From: Octopus bimaculoides | Taxonomy: Eukaryota | DNA: 62,107 bases | Assembly (NCBI RefSeq): GCF_001194135.2 | Contig: NC_068993.1 | Coordinates: forward strand, 23,354,233-23,416,339 | Direction of reading: 5' to 3' | Shown here: positions 38,765-51,913 of the stretch, piece by piece | How positions within the stretch are numbered: position 1 is the first letter of the stretch | Layout: each line of letters opens with the position of its first letter | The notes under the pieces: generated by a model | Databases searched by the model: none | Told to the model about the DNA's origin: nothing | Seen by the model: only the letters and a program-made list of their open reading frames with translations | Made by a program: the position numbers and the translations under genes

Positions 38765-39221
38765 GTACCTAAGTGAGGCAACTCTGAATAGACCGGGTTT
38801 CCTGATAGATGTCAACACTGAAAAGACCGGGTGTTCTCACACCTTTTCCCATAAGAGAGATATTTTCTTCACGGCAAATTCAGTGTATTTTACTTTAAGC
38901 AGTTGATACATGTCACAAACATTTTAATTAACCTACAGTTTGCTTATGCCTAAACACTGCTTAGGCTAACAATTCCTTATTTTCCTTGATTGAGCGATCG
39001 ACCAGCGCAAATTAGTCAAGTGTTGACTGAATTATGCATAAACGTATTCCACTCGCATTGACATGAGTCAATAAACTCGAAACGTCAATGTCTGGGATTC
39101 CTGATAGATGACAACACTGAACAAACCGGGTGATTTCACATGTTTTATCATAAGAAAGATATTTTCTCCACGCTAACTGCAGTGAATTTGCCGTTTAGCA
39201 TTTGATATATGTCACAAACAT
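38765..39221 (+). repeat. Partial tandem repeat, period ~299 bp, each unit preceded by a degenerate hammerhead-like motif
   Basis: 38795-38922 aligns with 39094-39221 (ttcctgatagatg.caacactgaa..accgggtg..cataaga.agatattttct..atgtcacaaacat). GAG-loop-CTC-GAAAC-GTC at 39065-39086; GAG-gcaa-CTC-tgaa at 38775-38788. Confidence 0.65.
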
Positions 39222-39280
39222 ATTTGTATATATGTGTTTGTGTCTGTGAGTATGTGTGTGCACACACACTCACACACACA

Positions 39281-39321
<41 letters not shown>

Positions 39322-40560
39322 GTATATATNNNNNNNNNNTATCTATCCGGGCCTCATTATAAAAAAAGAATTGAATTATAATTTCCATGAAAGGTACATG
39401 GAGATTTTTTACACGTTGACAAAATACTATCAGCTTTAGCTAATTCTGAGAAAATGGAAAACAAAGAACCAACGGAAGTTGTGTATTCTATTATTTATCG
39501 ACGAAGTAACGATGAAAATAAAATGTTACGTCGGTGTCACTTGAACATAGAATGCAGAGAGGCAGAGGAAATTGCGCTGGAAGCACTCCTTTCTGGTGTT
39601 TTAATAATGCTGGTAAACCACTGTCTTTTGTAATTAACAATTACAATGATATACTAATCATAATTTGTGTACGAAATTCTATCATGCGAATATAATAGCC
39701 AGTGATGTCATACTGGACGTAGACGACAGAATTATAATATAATTAAAAACTGACTATGGCAACAAAACAACAAAAAGGATAATTTGAATCTATTTGTTTT
39801 TAAAGATGATATATCAATATATTTTTATATGAGATATTTGTAAATATTTTCAAATTAAACATCACTATCAGAATCAATAATTCTCATTGATTAATATTTA
39901 CTGGAATGAGATTTGAATTCTGAAACATAAGATGCTAAATTAAATATCAGTAACCATTTCACAGGATGCTGCCAGGAAATCACGAATATACCGTATTTAA
40001 TCGAGAATCAAGAAAAGAAAATCAGTTATACTTTATTAGAGAATGCGGTTGGTGTTGCGGAGCAACATATACGCCTCTGGCAAATGAAACGTAAGTAGGT
40101 CTATTTATTATAATGATGATGATCTTCTACAAGTTGAATTGGTGATAATGATGATGGTTTTATCATATACATGATAATAATGATGTTGAAAATGATAATG
40201 ATGATTTTCATGCTAATAGCAGCAATGAGAAATTTGCGTGGGATGTTAATGATAGGAAATGATGAGGGAGATAGCTATAAAATCTTGTTAATCGTAGTCT
40301 TGATTTTCCAGTTCATATTCATGTATGCAATTATGCTTCTGTTGAAGATGAACAGGCGTGGTGTTGAATTTACTTGTAGTTAAAAGGATTCAAAATATAT
40401 AATTCAAATGGATGTGCATTTAAGGAAAGTTATGTTAAAATGCTATGTCTCCTCTAAAGAAAATTAACAGTCAAAGGTTGTCGGTGTCATGCACAGCGCA
40501 TCAATAATCATAAATTCCAGAACTTTCAGAGTTATAACACTCTTGTCAGAATAATATAAA

Positions 40561-40590
40561 CTAGCGGGAACCATGGAATTTCCAAGAACC
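40561..40590 (-). other. Candidate Helitron 3' terminus
   Basis: Minus strand reads TGGAA-A-TTCCA hairpin, 9 nt, then CTAG|T, ~680 bp downstream of the helicase stop. The hairpin is weak. Confidence 0.3.
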
Positions 40591-41029
40591 GATTACTACA
40601 ATGTTGAGTAAATAATAAACGCTTTCTGCTATATGTATACATAAAAATAACGCATTGAAGAAAGGAGTAAATATAATCTTTACATATATAATAGAATGAG
40701 ACACTTAGGCAGCAAATACTAAAATTGCGTATATTTGTAGAGTTCTATTTACAAATACATAAAGTTTAGCTATTAATTCTATCCTTTTTTGACATACAAT
40801 ACTCATAGGCTGGGAAAATAAACAACACACAGAGATACTTGGGAGTGTTTACCATGTGTGCAAAGATTGGTAAAGCCAATCAGTCAATGGTACTCCCCAC
40901 TCCCAACATAGAGCCATGTCAGTTTCCTCCGATATGTATACAGAAAACAATAGACCTATATATGTACAAAACTACATAATACATGCCACATATAAATAGT
41001 TACCTGTTTTCAAAGATATTCATTTGTTT

Positions 41030-41092
41030 GTGTGTGTGTGTGTATGTGTGTGTGTGTGTGTGTGAGTGTGTGTGTGTGGTGTGTGTGTGTAT

Positions 41093-41174
<82 letters not shown>

Positions 41175-41175
41175 A
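41030..41175. repeat. (GT)n microsatellite
   Basis: Directly visible. Confidence 0.95.
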
Positions 41176-41244
41176 TATATAAACCAAGGACACATACCTA
41201 ATGCAATCAAGGATCTCCAGAATTTCTGAAAACACTCCACTCCT

Positions 41245-43019
41245 TCAAGTCAGTAGTTCACGCCAGACAATGTTGTTAGTAACAGTTCGCCCTCTTCTCC
41301 TCACTGGTCTATCTGTCTCCATCACCTTAACCCTTACATCTGAGAGTTTGCGATCTCTGGACTATTCCACATATAGCGGCCCGTGACTGAACACTGGTTG
41401 AGGTAAGAACAATCCCACCTTCTCAAATGTCTACCCCTGTGACTTGTCAAAAGTCATGGCATATGACAAATGGACAGGTAACTGGGTTTTCTCCAAGGTG
41501 AATGGCAAGTTACGGTCGCTGGGCGCCAGCGTTATTCTGGGGATGAGGACACGTCTGCCAATTAGTGAGCCGCTAATCTAGAAAGCTTCAATTGAATGTT
41601 GATGCGTGGCCACCAGTTCCAGAGATCATTCTGGATAGAAATGTCGGAAAGAAGCATTACTATTGCGTCGTGTTTTAAACTCAATTTATCAGGAGGCATT
41701 CCTGAAGGTGATCAAAGAGTTTAGAAATTCAAGTGGATAGCGTTCAGCCTCAGCAGGATCATCTGTCAAAGCTATATCTGTACTATAATAGGTGCGGCAG
41801 TCACCTGGAAGTTGTCTCAAAACTTCTTCGTTGATCAGGAGGCAGTCTGAGTTCTTTGGCGAAATAATTACTCTGCTTCTCCTCTCTTCGGCAGATGTAT
41901 TGTTGAAGATATCATTCACTAAAGAGCCGTCAACGCATGGAATTTGAAGCACTTCTGTGCCATCAACAGCAAGATTAAAATCTTGTGGAGCTGCATATGT
42001 TCCGCTGCCAAGATGCAAATTGCCTTTGATCTGCTGTTGTCTTGATGTTTTTTGGCTTAGATGAAATTAACCCATAGAGGAGAATTTTTAATACAGACTT
42101 CAATAATTTCCTCACGAGTTCCTCTTGGAAACATGGGTACTACTCGCCTAAAGTCTTCCCCCGAGAGAATAACTTTACCACCAAAAACAGCAGCAATGCC
42201 AGTGATACCTAGCAAGGCGTTATCAATAGCATGCAGTGCAAATGAAGGGATGATAGAATCCTCATCCAAGATGATCAAATCCAGGTTTCGTAAATGATTT
42301 GTATTTTCTGAAGTGGCTTCTATATTACACACGCTGGCCTCCTTGACTGTGACAGGCAACGTAAACAAACTATGGATAGTCTTTCCACCTGACAGTATTG
42401 TAGAGGCAATGCCTGTGCAAGCACCAATGCACACATTGCAGTTGTTCCTTCGCAGATAAAAATTTATGGTATTAAACATATAAGTTTTACCATAACCTCG
42501 TGCTGCCTCCATATAGAAACAGGAGTGGTTGGGCACATCACCTCTTCCCTTCTCATCTACAGCATTAGCAATCAGTCTCTGTTCGTCAGTAAATGTATAG
42601 GTTCAGGCAGCCAAATTGCTAAACAATTAATGTCATTCTCTATCAGAAGTGTATCAATTCAGTGCAGTGCCATTTATTCTGCGTGTTCTGAATCAAAATC
42701 TTGGTGCAAAAAATCTTCAATCATGAATTCCTAGTGAGTGGTCCATATGTGAAGAGCATTTGCAGGGTTCATATATATGCACAGGGCAGCAAAGATAACA
42801 CGCAACTGTAAGGGCAGCTGACAGGTAGCAGTGTCTATCAACACATGTTCCAGTGTGTCACCGTTTGAGAGAAGACTACATCTCAGGCATGCTGCCTTAA
42901 ATGTTGGCAAGATTTCATCTTCTACAGTGCGCAAATCCTGGAAGCTCACGGCGTCGGAAGCATGCAGCAGCAACATTCGCAAGTGAAATGTTTATGTCTG
43001 TAGGGTTCCCTGTATACAT
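41245..43019 (-). pseudogene. Helitron RepHel C-terminal part with Pif1-family SF1B helicase, degenerate
   Basis: LRMLLLH..SFQDLRTV..TFKAAC; Walker A ARGYGKT; TGIAS..GGKTIHS; Walker B IILDE; FGGK..GEDFRRVVP; PKNSDC; YPLEFLNSL; YAMTFDKSQG; VFSHGPLYV; TNNIVWRELL then stop at 41247-41245. Confidence 0.92.
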
Positions 43020-43039
43020 TGCCTTGGTGTCCATGTTCT

Positions 43040-43146
43040 AAGTGCGCTAAGCAGTGTTTACGCATAATCACAATTTAGGTTAGTGAAATAGGTTTGTCAC
43101 ATATAGCAGTTGAAATATGTGACAAATATATTTCAACTAACCTAAA
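43040..43146. repeat. Fold-back fragment of the 38.8-39.2 kb repeat family
   Basis: Hairpin arms 43074-43104 and 43114-43146; ctaagcagtgtttacgcataa is the reverse complement of ttatgcctaaacactgcttag at ~38944, with 1 mismatch. Confidence 0.6.
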
Positions 43147-43943
43147 TAGTTAATCTTAAATTTATGTTGTTCCGTATCTTCTCAAGTAACACGAAATGTG
43201 AGAAGAAAACATTTTCGATTACTATATTCAGGTTGGATCAAACAGCTATCTGTTTAAAACTAAAATTTCCGAAATTTCTGAATGTACTAAAATAAATACA
43301 TGAAAAAAAAAAATGTTTTATTTTTGCCATCAAACATAAAATGCATTTTATGTATGTTAAAATATGCAACAGCCCGAAGGCGTTATTGCGCTTATGTGTT
43401 GATATTATTTATTCACAGGTTAGTTCTGATACACCACGTCTACGATCAGAGCCGTTGCCCATCATCTTAACTCCTATTTTCGTATATATAAAAGACTATA
43501 GTGCATTTCATTTGCGAATGTAGCATTATTTCATGGCTTAGTTACTTTTCTCCGAAGTGGGGACTTCATTGCGAGCTCAAAATAATGTAGCTAATAGGGC
43601 CGATGTTTCCACATGTGGTGGACATAGCATGTGGGAAAATAAATTCACTGCATTCAATATAAGAGGAAGGATGCACGCGCTGAAAGGTTGGTAATTTCGG
43701 ATTATAACCCAGAAAGTTCGGATCGGTATATCGTTACATGCATAGCAAACAGTGACAATCAAAACAATCACATAGTGATTTAGATGTAAATATGCTAATT
43801 GCTGTTATATATATTGTGTGTGCAAGTGTGTTGCGTATACACATTGTCTAAAAGACAATCAACCGCAGTTGAAATGTATGTCATTAATTTGATTATCGCT
43901 CTTCTTAATGCGCATGGCAATATATAATACGCCTGGCAAATGA

Positions 43944-44131
43944 CCTTTCTACTATAAGCACAAGGCCTGGATTTTTGTGGGAAGGGATAGGCGGTTACAT
44001 CAACCCCGGTACCTGACTAGTACTAAATTTATCAACCACGAAATGATGAAACGTGAACTGAGAACATAGCGACAGACAAAATACTGATATGCATTTCGCC
44101 CTGCGTGCTACCGATTCTGCCAGCTCGCTGC
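43944..44131 (-). mobile_element. tRNA-derived SINE
   Basis: Minus-strand head gcagcgagctggcagaatcggtagcacg; 3' end ccttgtgcttatagtagaaagg; related to the 4611 and 47845 copies and to a tail fragment at 20055-20126. Confidence 0.75.
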
Positions 44132-44405
44132 TTTATGCTTTGCAAATATCATCAAGCACTAGAATATAATTTGTTTCGTGTGCTAAATTCGAAAAAACAA
44201 ATGCTCACACTCTTGTTTGGATTCATTTATACCTTAAAAAACGTGACACAATGTTGCTGAAATCCTGCTCAATTCCTCCCAATGGTTCAAGTGCTACGAA
44301 CACACACCATCTACAGTCAAAATTCAGCAGCGATTAGGCATCTTCACCTCTGAATTTGCTGAAACATATTAAGACTGTATTTATTTATTAATATATATAT
44401 ATAAT

Positions 44406-44439
<34 letters not shown>

Positions 44440-44629
44440 ATTTATTCATTTATTGAAAGTTAAATGCGTGTACGAGTGTCTGTATGTGCGTGAATGTTTT
44501 GATTCTTGTTGCTCTCCGTACCTGTGGTGAGTTAATTTCTATGATTTTTTCTAAAACTGAACGTAGATGTGGTTGTTAAAAACCCATCGTGTATATTATA
44601 TGAGTGTCTGAATTTATGACTGTGTGTTG

Positions 44630-44779
44630 ATGTGTTTGTGTTTGACCCCTATTACCACTTAACAACCGCTAGAATAAATACCAAATACTGGGTCCACTTG
44701 TGGAACTAAATCCCTTTCAAAGTGGTGTCATAGAATGGCCAGGCGTGAATAATTGAAACATGCAAAAGATAAAAGATTA
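44630..44779 (+). mobile_element. SINE 3' fragment
   Basis: Ends gaatggcc..tgaaacatgcaaaagataaaagat; reverse-complement fragments (tcttttacttgtttcagtc..gactgcggccatg) occur at ~18259 and ~25910-25960. Confidence 0.55.
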
Positions 44780-47700
44780 TACTAAGTTGTCAAAAAATCT
44801 AAAAGCAAACTACCTGTTAGTTATTACCGTGATGATTGATATAATTATTTTTTCTTTTATATAAAGTATAAACCTGAGATATATCTCTCTCATGATCAAT
44901 ATATCCAAAATTTCGATCAGATATATAACTGCAAGGTTTTATATTCTAACATTTTATTTCGTCGATGGCATTTTATGAACAATTTCTCATAATTTCAAAA
45001 ATATATGTCTAGATTTCGAACTCACTGAGCAACAATTCCTAGAAACGTCGACCCAGTTTTTGAAAATGATTATAGTTATTGCAGAGCAGGCCATTGAATC
45101 TGGTGATAATGTTAAAGATGTTACTGGTCAATGGTTGATGGCCAGAATCACATTATTGATGAGAGAATTGAGCACAATAATAACGGTAGCTGCGTATTTC
45201 TACGTATTTAGCATGTAATAGAAATGGGGCTACTATCATGATAGGAAATTTGTGAAGGGAGTTTCATGAATATGGGTGCTGGTAATTATAATGGTATACT
45301 GGTGATATTGATATTGTCGATGACGATGCCATTGTTCTTCATAGCCATAGTGAACACCGCGGTGTGAGTGGTGGGGTTATTTATGGTACTAATAACACGA
45401 TGGTTGTGTTTGACTTTGTCATTAATTAAAGAGTTTTTACCAGTAGCATAATTCATACTAGAACCTAAAAAGATAATTGTCGGAATAGTAATTATGTATT
45501 TACATTCTGTATAACAATTTACATTCCAATGCTAAGTTCTTTTATGATATGGCATTATAACGTTATAGTTAAGAATACAATCAACAATAAATAATATGAA
45601 TTATAGCTAAAAGGTAAATTTAGCCTAAGAACAGAGTGAACATATATAGCATATTTGTATCAAAATCTAATGCATGAGAGATTGTGACTCATTTTTTATT
45701 CTGTAATTATGAGTAGTTGTATATATATATATATATATTTAAGACAATTCTTTAGTGTAGAAGTTTCCAAATATCCCTGATTAAGCTGTATATTTTCAAA
45801 AACTACTCCATGTCTTACTTGCTAGAGATATGTAATTTTTCTGTAAGATTTATTGATTATCTAACACCATTATAATCACTTTTCACAAAGTTATTTTTAG
45901 ATTTGCTTCCTTTTGCATATAAATGGTTGATGATTTCTGGCAGCTCAGAGTGACCTTAACTTATAAATTTATCAGTATTGCATCACAGGTGTTAAAGCAT
46001 GGAATACACAATTGCCTCTCTTTTTTTCATCCCTTACTTGTAGATTTATCGTCTAGTATACTAATGCAAGTCTAACACAAGCAGTATATAAAACATGTAA
46101 AGAAAACTCATCGGTACATTTATTAAGGACAACAAATATAATATATCATGCAATATTATTATATTTTACATTTGAATGTACCACGACTTGTATAAACCTC
46201 TCAAGTTTTAATCACATTCTAGTTTCTGATAGATTTGTTTGGTATACAGCAAGAAAACATAATCCTGTAAAGCGTTGAATTGGAAATGCAATTAAAACTG
46301 GAAAACCAGTCAAAAAAGCAATACAAAAATTAAATAATAAAAGCAAGAGAAATAGATTAAACACTGAAAAATATATAAAACACATATAAGCGCTTTCCCC
46401 GTCTATTTGAAAGGCAGGTGTCAGAATCATGCGGCGCCAATTGAAAAGAAATGAAAAGAAATGGTAGCGTTCAATGACGTCAGCTTACATTGCTAGTAAA
46501 GTAATAACATGAATATTAGGCTTGAATCAATGAAAGTAGTTGCAAGCCATTTTTCAAATTAGGAGTGTTAAAATAGGACAGAAAGAGGGTGTAGGCATTA
46601 GTAATGCACTCAGTTATGTTCGATTGTATTTCAATATAAAATTGGATAAATAAATTGGACAATTGACAAAGAAGAAAAATTAAAATACAAACAAGTTAAC
46701 TCTGCATTAATATATAAATGTTCTTTTTCTAGACTTCCTAAAATGAGAATTTCTTTTTATATACGTATTTATAATTGCCAAGGCATTTCGATAATTGAAA
46801 TTTCTTTTAAATTATTTTCTTTTCTTTATTTATTCATTAATTATGTTTTAGTTTTATTTTGTGTGAAAAGAAATCAATCTTCCATATAAGAGAAATGTTA
46901 TATAGTCATGTCTGGAGATAATTATAAATATAAATAATGAAACAGTAAAATATCAATTACTACAATACCTGCCTTGAATTTCGTTCAATGAGACAATGGA
47001 CTGTTTTTAATAAGTTAATCTGCGAAAATCTTTGGGCAAAAGAAATAGCTATTGTATTGTTCAAAATCGATAAAAGATGATAATATATTTACGACTTGAA
47101 TAATCGCCTCTTTTTAGTTGCTATTACTGATAGCAAGTAGAAAGACGCGTTTATTCACTGTTCAAATAAATGGAGATTATGGAAAATATGGTTAATAATT
47201 TATTGAAATTCATCTCCACGATATTGACTCAACACAATACATAGGCTTGGAGTTGATGCTATAATAAAGGACGGATTCGATATCAACTGCTGCTAACTTC
47301 AAATAGCTCAATACGTTGTCCAGAGAATATGGTGTCAGTTATTCAGAAAAAAAATGTATTTTCGTAAAGACAGCAATGTATTGAGCATTATCATATTTAT
47401 ATTTTTTTAGCTTGGCCTACTCCACAAATATTGTAAAAATGATGTCACAGGTTATTAAATCAATTGGCTTAAATTACTGTTGGTAAATAGCGCTTCGTAC
47501 TTTTACTCTATATTCCTACTCCTTCTCTTTAAAGCTTTAAGGCTCTACTTGCGCTTAGTATTAGTTCGAGAAAGTTTTACCTAGTCAATAACTACTTCGT
47601 AGCCGGACTCCAATCATTTTTAGCTGCAACGTTGTCATTTTCTTCCATTAAATAGTGACCACAGTTGAGTTACTAGAACATACATAGAACTCTTTTATTT

Positions 47701-47844
47701 TCATCGCACTATAACATATCAAAAAGGGTCTTATTGATTATTCACTACCTTTTCAACACAGAGGCTTTTCATTATTAACTTAATAACTAGGAAATAAATG
47801 AGCTGTGTGTCTGCTTAACAATTTCTCACGCTAATATCAATTTT

Positions 47845-48033
47845 AAATTTTGGCACAGGGCCAGCAATTTTGGGCAGTTGAGTAAGCTAATAACATCGCA
47901 TCATTGTTCAACTTGTACTTGCTTTAACGTCTCCGAAAGGATGAAAGTAAAGTTTGGCATTTGAACTCAGAATGTAAAGTCGAAAGAAATATTACTATTT
48001 TGTTCAGTGTGGTAACCATTCTCCCTGCTCACC
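47845..48033 (-). mobile_element. tRNA-derived SINE, degenerate
   Basis: ggcacagggccagcaattttggg..ccgaaaggatgaaag..atttgaactcagaatgtaaag; same family as 43944. Confidence 0.7.
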
Positions 48034-49573
48034 ACTTTCATTCCTCACACCAATTTTCAATCTTAACTCTCATCTTCAATTTAAAATTAATTTTAACCGC
48101 ATTTTAATTTGTTTTTAAATTTTAAGGTTAATCGTAATTTATCATTAGTATATTTTAACTCTGTCTTAAATTCTATTATTAAATTTATTTATTTACATGT
48201 TTATTTTTAGGCGCTCTCCACCCTGGGAAGTTTGTTTTATTTCGCCATTGCCGGTGTCGAAGGTCACTAGCCAATACTTCCATTCGTATGTAGTCATCCC
48301 CCGACTTCATGTTTCCTACCCAAGTTCTCATGCCATTATTTTCTCATCGAGAACGCTAGAGTTGAGTTTTACCATCTTTGACGCCTACACTTACCTCCCT
48401 CATACTTACATCTCATAACAGAGTCTAAATCCAATGACTAAATCATTTTCTTTCTTGTCTACCTCCAGCGTCATCATCATCTGCATCATCATCGCCATCA
48501 TTAACACAGATTCTAATATAATCATTTCGTTGTCATTGGTATATATCATTACTATATTTATTAGTAGTTTTACTTTCATCCTTATCATTATTTCTTACCC
48601 TTTTCATAACCATTCTCATCCTTGACAGAGATATCTTTTTTATTGCTTTTTCTTACAGTTTATTATCAGTATTTGCAATAACAGTAGTAGTAGTTGTTAT
48701 TCTTAACATTATTTGCTTCGGCTATAGTTTGGTTTTACTCTTTGTATAGACAATGTTTACATCTATGATTTACTACTGATCGACTGGTTTATTTCTATAT
48801 GCGTTTCCTTTTCTACTTCACCCGCTTCATCTACTACTACTTCTAGTTCCTCTTCTTATAGTTTTTATACTTTTAGTCTTGGTTTTATCCGTTTCATTCC
48901 CCATTATTATTCTTATATACGTATATCTTCCCCTCTAAATAAGTAGTAAAAATTCATATCCGTCACACAGTGTAACTTAACACCTCTTGATGCTAGACTC
49001 ATGAAATGCCACTCCAATATTAACAACTGCAAACTGTGTAACTATTAGCATACAATCAATTACGTGCAAAAGCGTTAGAAACAGAGTGGTATAGAAATAA
49101 ATTGTAATTAATAAGTTGTGTTGAATTAATTTTCCATTTTCTTAATTGGAAAATATTTAAGAATATCCTTGTGTGTGTGATTGTGTGTGTGTGTGTGTGT
49201 TTGTATATATATATATNNNNNNNNNNNNNNNNNNNNNNNNNNNNNNNNNNNNNNNNNNNNNNNNNNNNNNNNNNNNNNNNNNNNNNNNNNNNNNNNNNNN
49301 NNNNNNNNNNNNNNNNNNNNNNNNNNNNNNNNNNNNNNNNNNNNNNNNNNNNNNNNNNNNNNNNNNNNNNNNNNNNNNNNNNNNNNNNNNNNNNNNNNNN
49401 NNNNNNNNNNNNNNNNNNNNNNNNNNNNNNNNNNNNNNNNNNNNNNNNNNNNNNNNNNNNNNNNNNNNNNNNNNNNNNNNNNNNNNNNNNNNNNNNNNNN
49501 NNNNNNNNNNNNNNNNNNNNNNNNNNNNNNNNNNNNNNNNNNNNNNNNNNNNNNNNNNNNNNNNNNNNNNNNN

Positions 49574-49901
49574 TGACAACTATATCTGGCCTATTTGCCT
49601 TAATTTCTCTATCTGTGTGTATTGGCATATCTCAGAGTATGGTTGCTTTCTCGTTTTCTGTGACCTTTTCTGGCGTGTGTTTATACCATCTTTTTTCTGT
49701 TGCTATTCCATAGTGTTGGCATAGCTTCCAGTGTATATAGGTCCCAGCTCTGTCGTGTCTGTGAATATATTCCTTCTTAGCCAGGACTGGGCAGCCAGAG
49801 ATAATATGATTTATTGTTTCTTGTCCATCTCCACATATTCTACAGTTACTTGTTATATTTCTTTTCATTATGTGCTTTTGGTAATTTCTGGTGGAGAGCA
49901 C
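49574..49901 (-). mobile_element. Dong/R4-clade retrotransposon C-terminal fragment (copy E), little degraded
   Basis: LSTRNYQKHI..CRICGDGQETINHIISGCPVL..EYIHRHDRAGTYIHW.LC.HY..WYKHTPEKVTENEKATIL*DMPIHTDREIKANRPDIVV (CCHC knuckle plus REL endonuclease); runs into the gap. Confidence 0.92.
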
Positions 49902-49972
49902 GTCACTGCCTGGAATCGAACTCGGAATCTTGGATTAACAGCCTGAGCTCTTAACCACTACGCCATATGCCC
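49902..49972 (-). mobile_element. tRNA-derived SINE head only
   Basis: Minus strand GGGCATATGGCGTAGTGGTTAAGAG (A box)..GAGTTCGATTCC (B box) AGGCAGTGAC, abutting Dong copy E. Confidence 0.8.
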
Positions 49973-51549
49973 GTGGCTGTATTATAGAATTCCTTATGTC
50001 CAAATGTTTTCGATAATTATCAGTTCACTGATTTGAAAGGCTTGCAATGCAGAATGTTTGTCAAATGCGTAATAATATGCTACTTCGTTATTTATACATG
50101 ACAAAAAATAAGTAAACGATTTTATTATATGATGATATATACTGATGGTGAAAGATTATTTTATGTGAATAATAAGAAAACAAAGAACATATTCTCAATG
50201 AGAAATGAAAGTATAGTAGCCTTTTCAGATTTCTGGACCTAAAACATTGATTGGCTGTTGCGGTCGTAGCAGTAAAACGCTTGTATTGCTTAAGTTTCAA
50301 TAAGCAATTATTACTAATCACAACACCTAGTCTTTTATTCCAAGTACATCAGGCCCGGAATTGTTTTACTGCACGTCTTTCCCGCAGTTACTCATTACAA
50401 AGAAACATTAGTGTCCTGACTCTGACGGCAAGGGAGGAACTAGGAGGGCCATAGATACTCGCTCTTCCTCCAGATTTTTCAAATGAGTAAAATAGGCATT
50501 TAAGGGGTTCATTTTCGGTATATTTTTTTATCACATATATTCAAATGATTTTTAACACAATGCAAAATAGCATATCATTTCCCGGCATTGCTATTTCTGT
50601 AGTTTTCGTCCCCGTCATTTCACTTGTAAGTGCAATTTTATGTTTTCATTTTATTACTGTATTTTTAAATTACTCCTCAAACAAAAAGGTTAGGTTTCAA
50701 GGCATGATGACTTACTAAAACATTAATTACAACGTTTTATTGAAATGTGAAGTAGGACTGTTAAATGAAATTTACGCTCAGAATGCGGGATCAGATTGCT
50801 CGATTGTTTGTTTCTTATAATTAAATAACATTCGAAAAAGGTTTCCAGTTAAATTAATTGAAAAAAATTCTGATTCAATTTGAAAGTATCTCATTCAAAG
50901 TAAAATCTATGAACTGTTAAAATGATGGGTATTCTTTTCCCATTAACATTTGTCAATACACATCCTTATCCCTTTAAGTTGATTAGAAATCTCACAAATC
51001 TTGAGGTTTACTTTCAACTATTTGCAGAATTGAATGGTAAAAAAAAATATTATTAGCTTTTGAAAATTAAAAAAAATATATATATTTCAGAGTAACAAGA
51101 AAACGAAATCTATAAAATAATGAAAATAATCATTAAAAAACGGAATATTCTAACACGTGAAGAGGATGCATTTGAGTTTCCATTAAACGTTTGAAACAAT
51201 CTTTACATGAAGTACAATTTTAAATGGAATAAAATATAAAAATTACAGAATGTTGTAAGTTATGTAAGAATTCAAATTTAAGAATACAACTGAAGTATTC
51301 ATTCTCAACTTCAAGATGTCATTTAATATTTATTTGCCTATTTATGAAATGTTTTGTAGCAAAAAGTTAACTTCTTGCAGAATAAAAATTAGGAATCAAT
51401 ATGAATATTTCCTGTGCTGTTCTTCTATTCTTCTAATAAAAAGCATTCTGAATGATATTGAAATTATACACATATACACTCACACAAACACACATTCACA
51501 TACCAATACATACACACATATGTGTGTGTGTGTGTTTGTGTGTATGGGT

Positions 51550-51816
51550 CTCTGCCATCGAAATTGTATGAGCGCTCAGCTTTTACGGAACGAACTGCAC
51601 AAATGATTTGTTTGTAGTGATGAACACATTAGCTCGCCCTCTCCATCAAAGCGACATTTCCTAAACAGGTGCTCTCTGTACCACGCGTCAGTTGCTGTAA
51701 TGGTTGCAGAGCAACGACAGATGAAGTGCTTTGCTCCAGAACACAATGCAACACTTGGTCTAAGAATTGAAATCATGATCCCTAGAGCGACACCCTAACC
51801 AGTTAGCCATGCGCCC
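51550..51816 (-). mobile_element. tRNA-derived SINE with a CORE-like body, degenerate
   Basis: Minus-strand head gggcgcatggctaactggttagggtg, then ttgtgttctggagcaaagcacttcat. Confidence 0.65.
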
Positions 51817-51872
51817 ACGCACACACAACCATACACATATGTATATATACATACATATATATATACATATAA

Positions 51873-51913
<41 letters not shown>

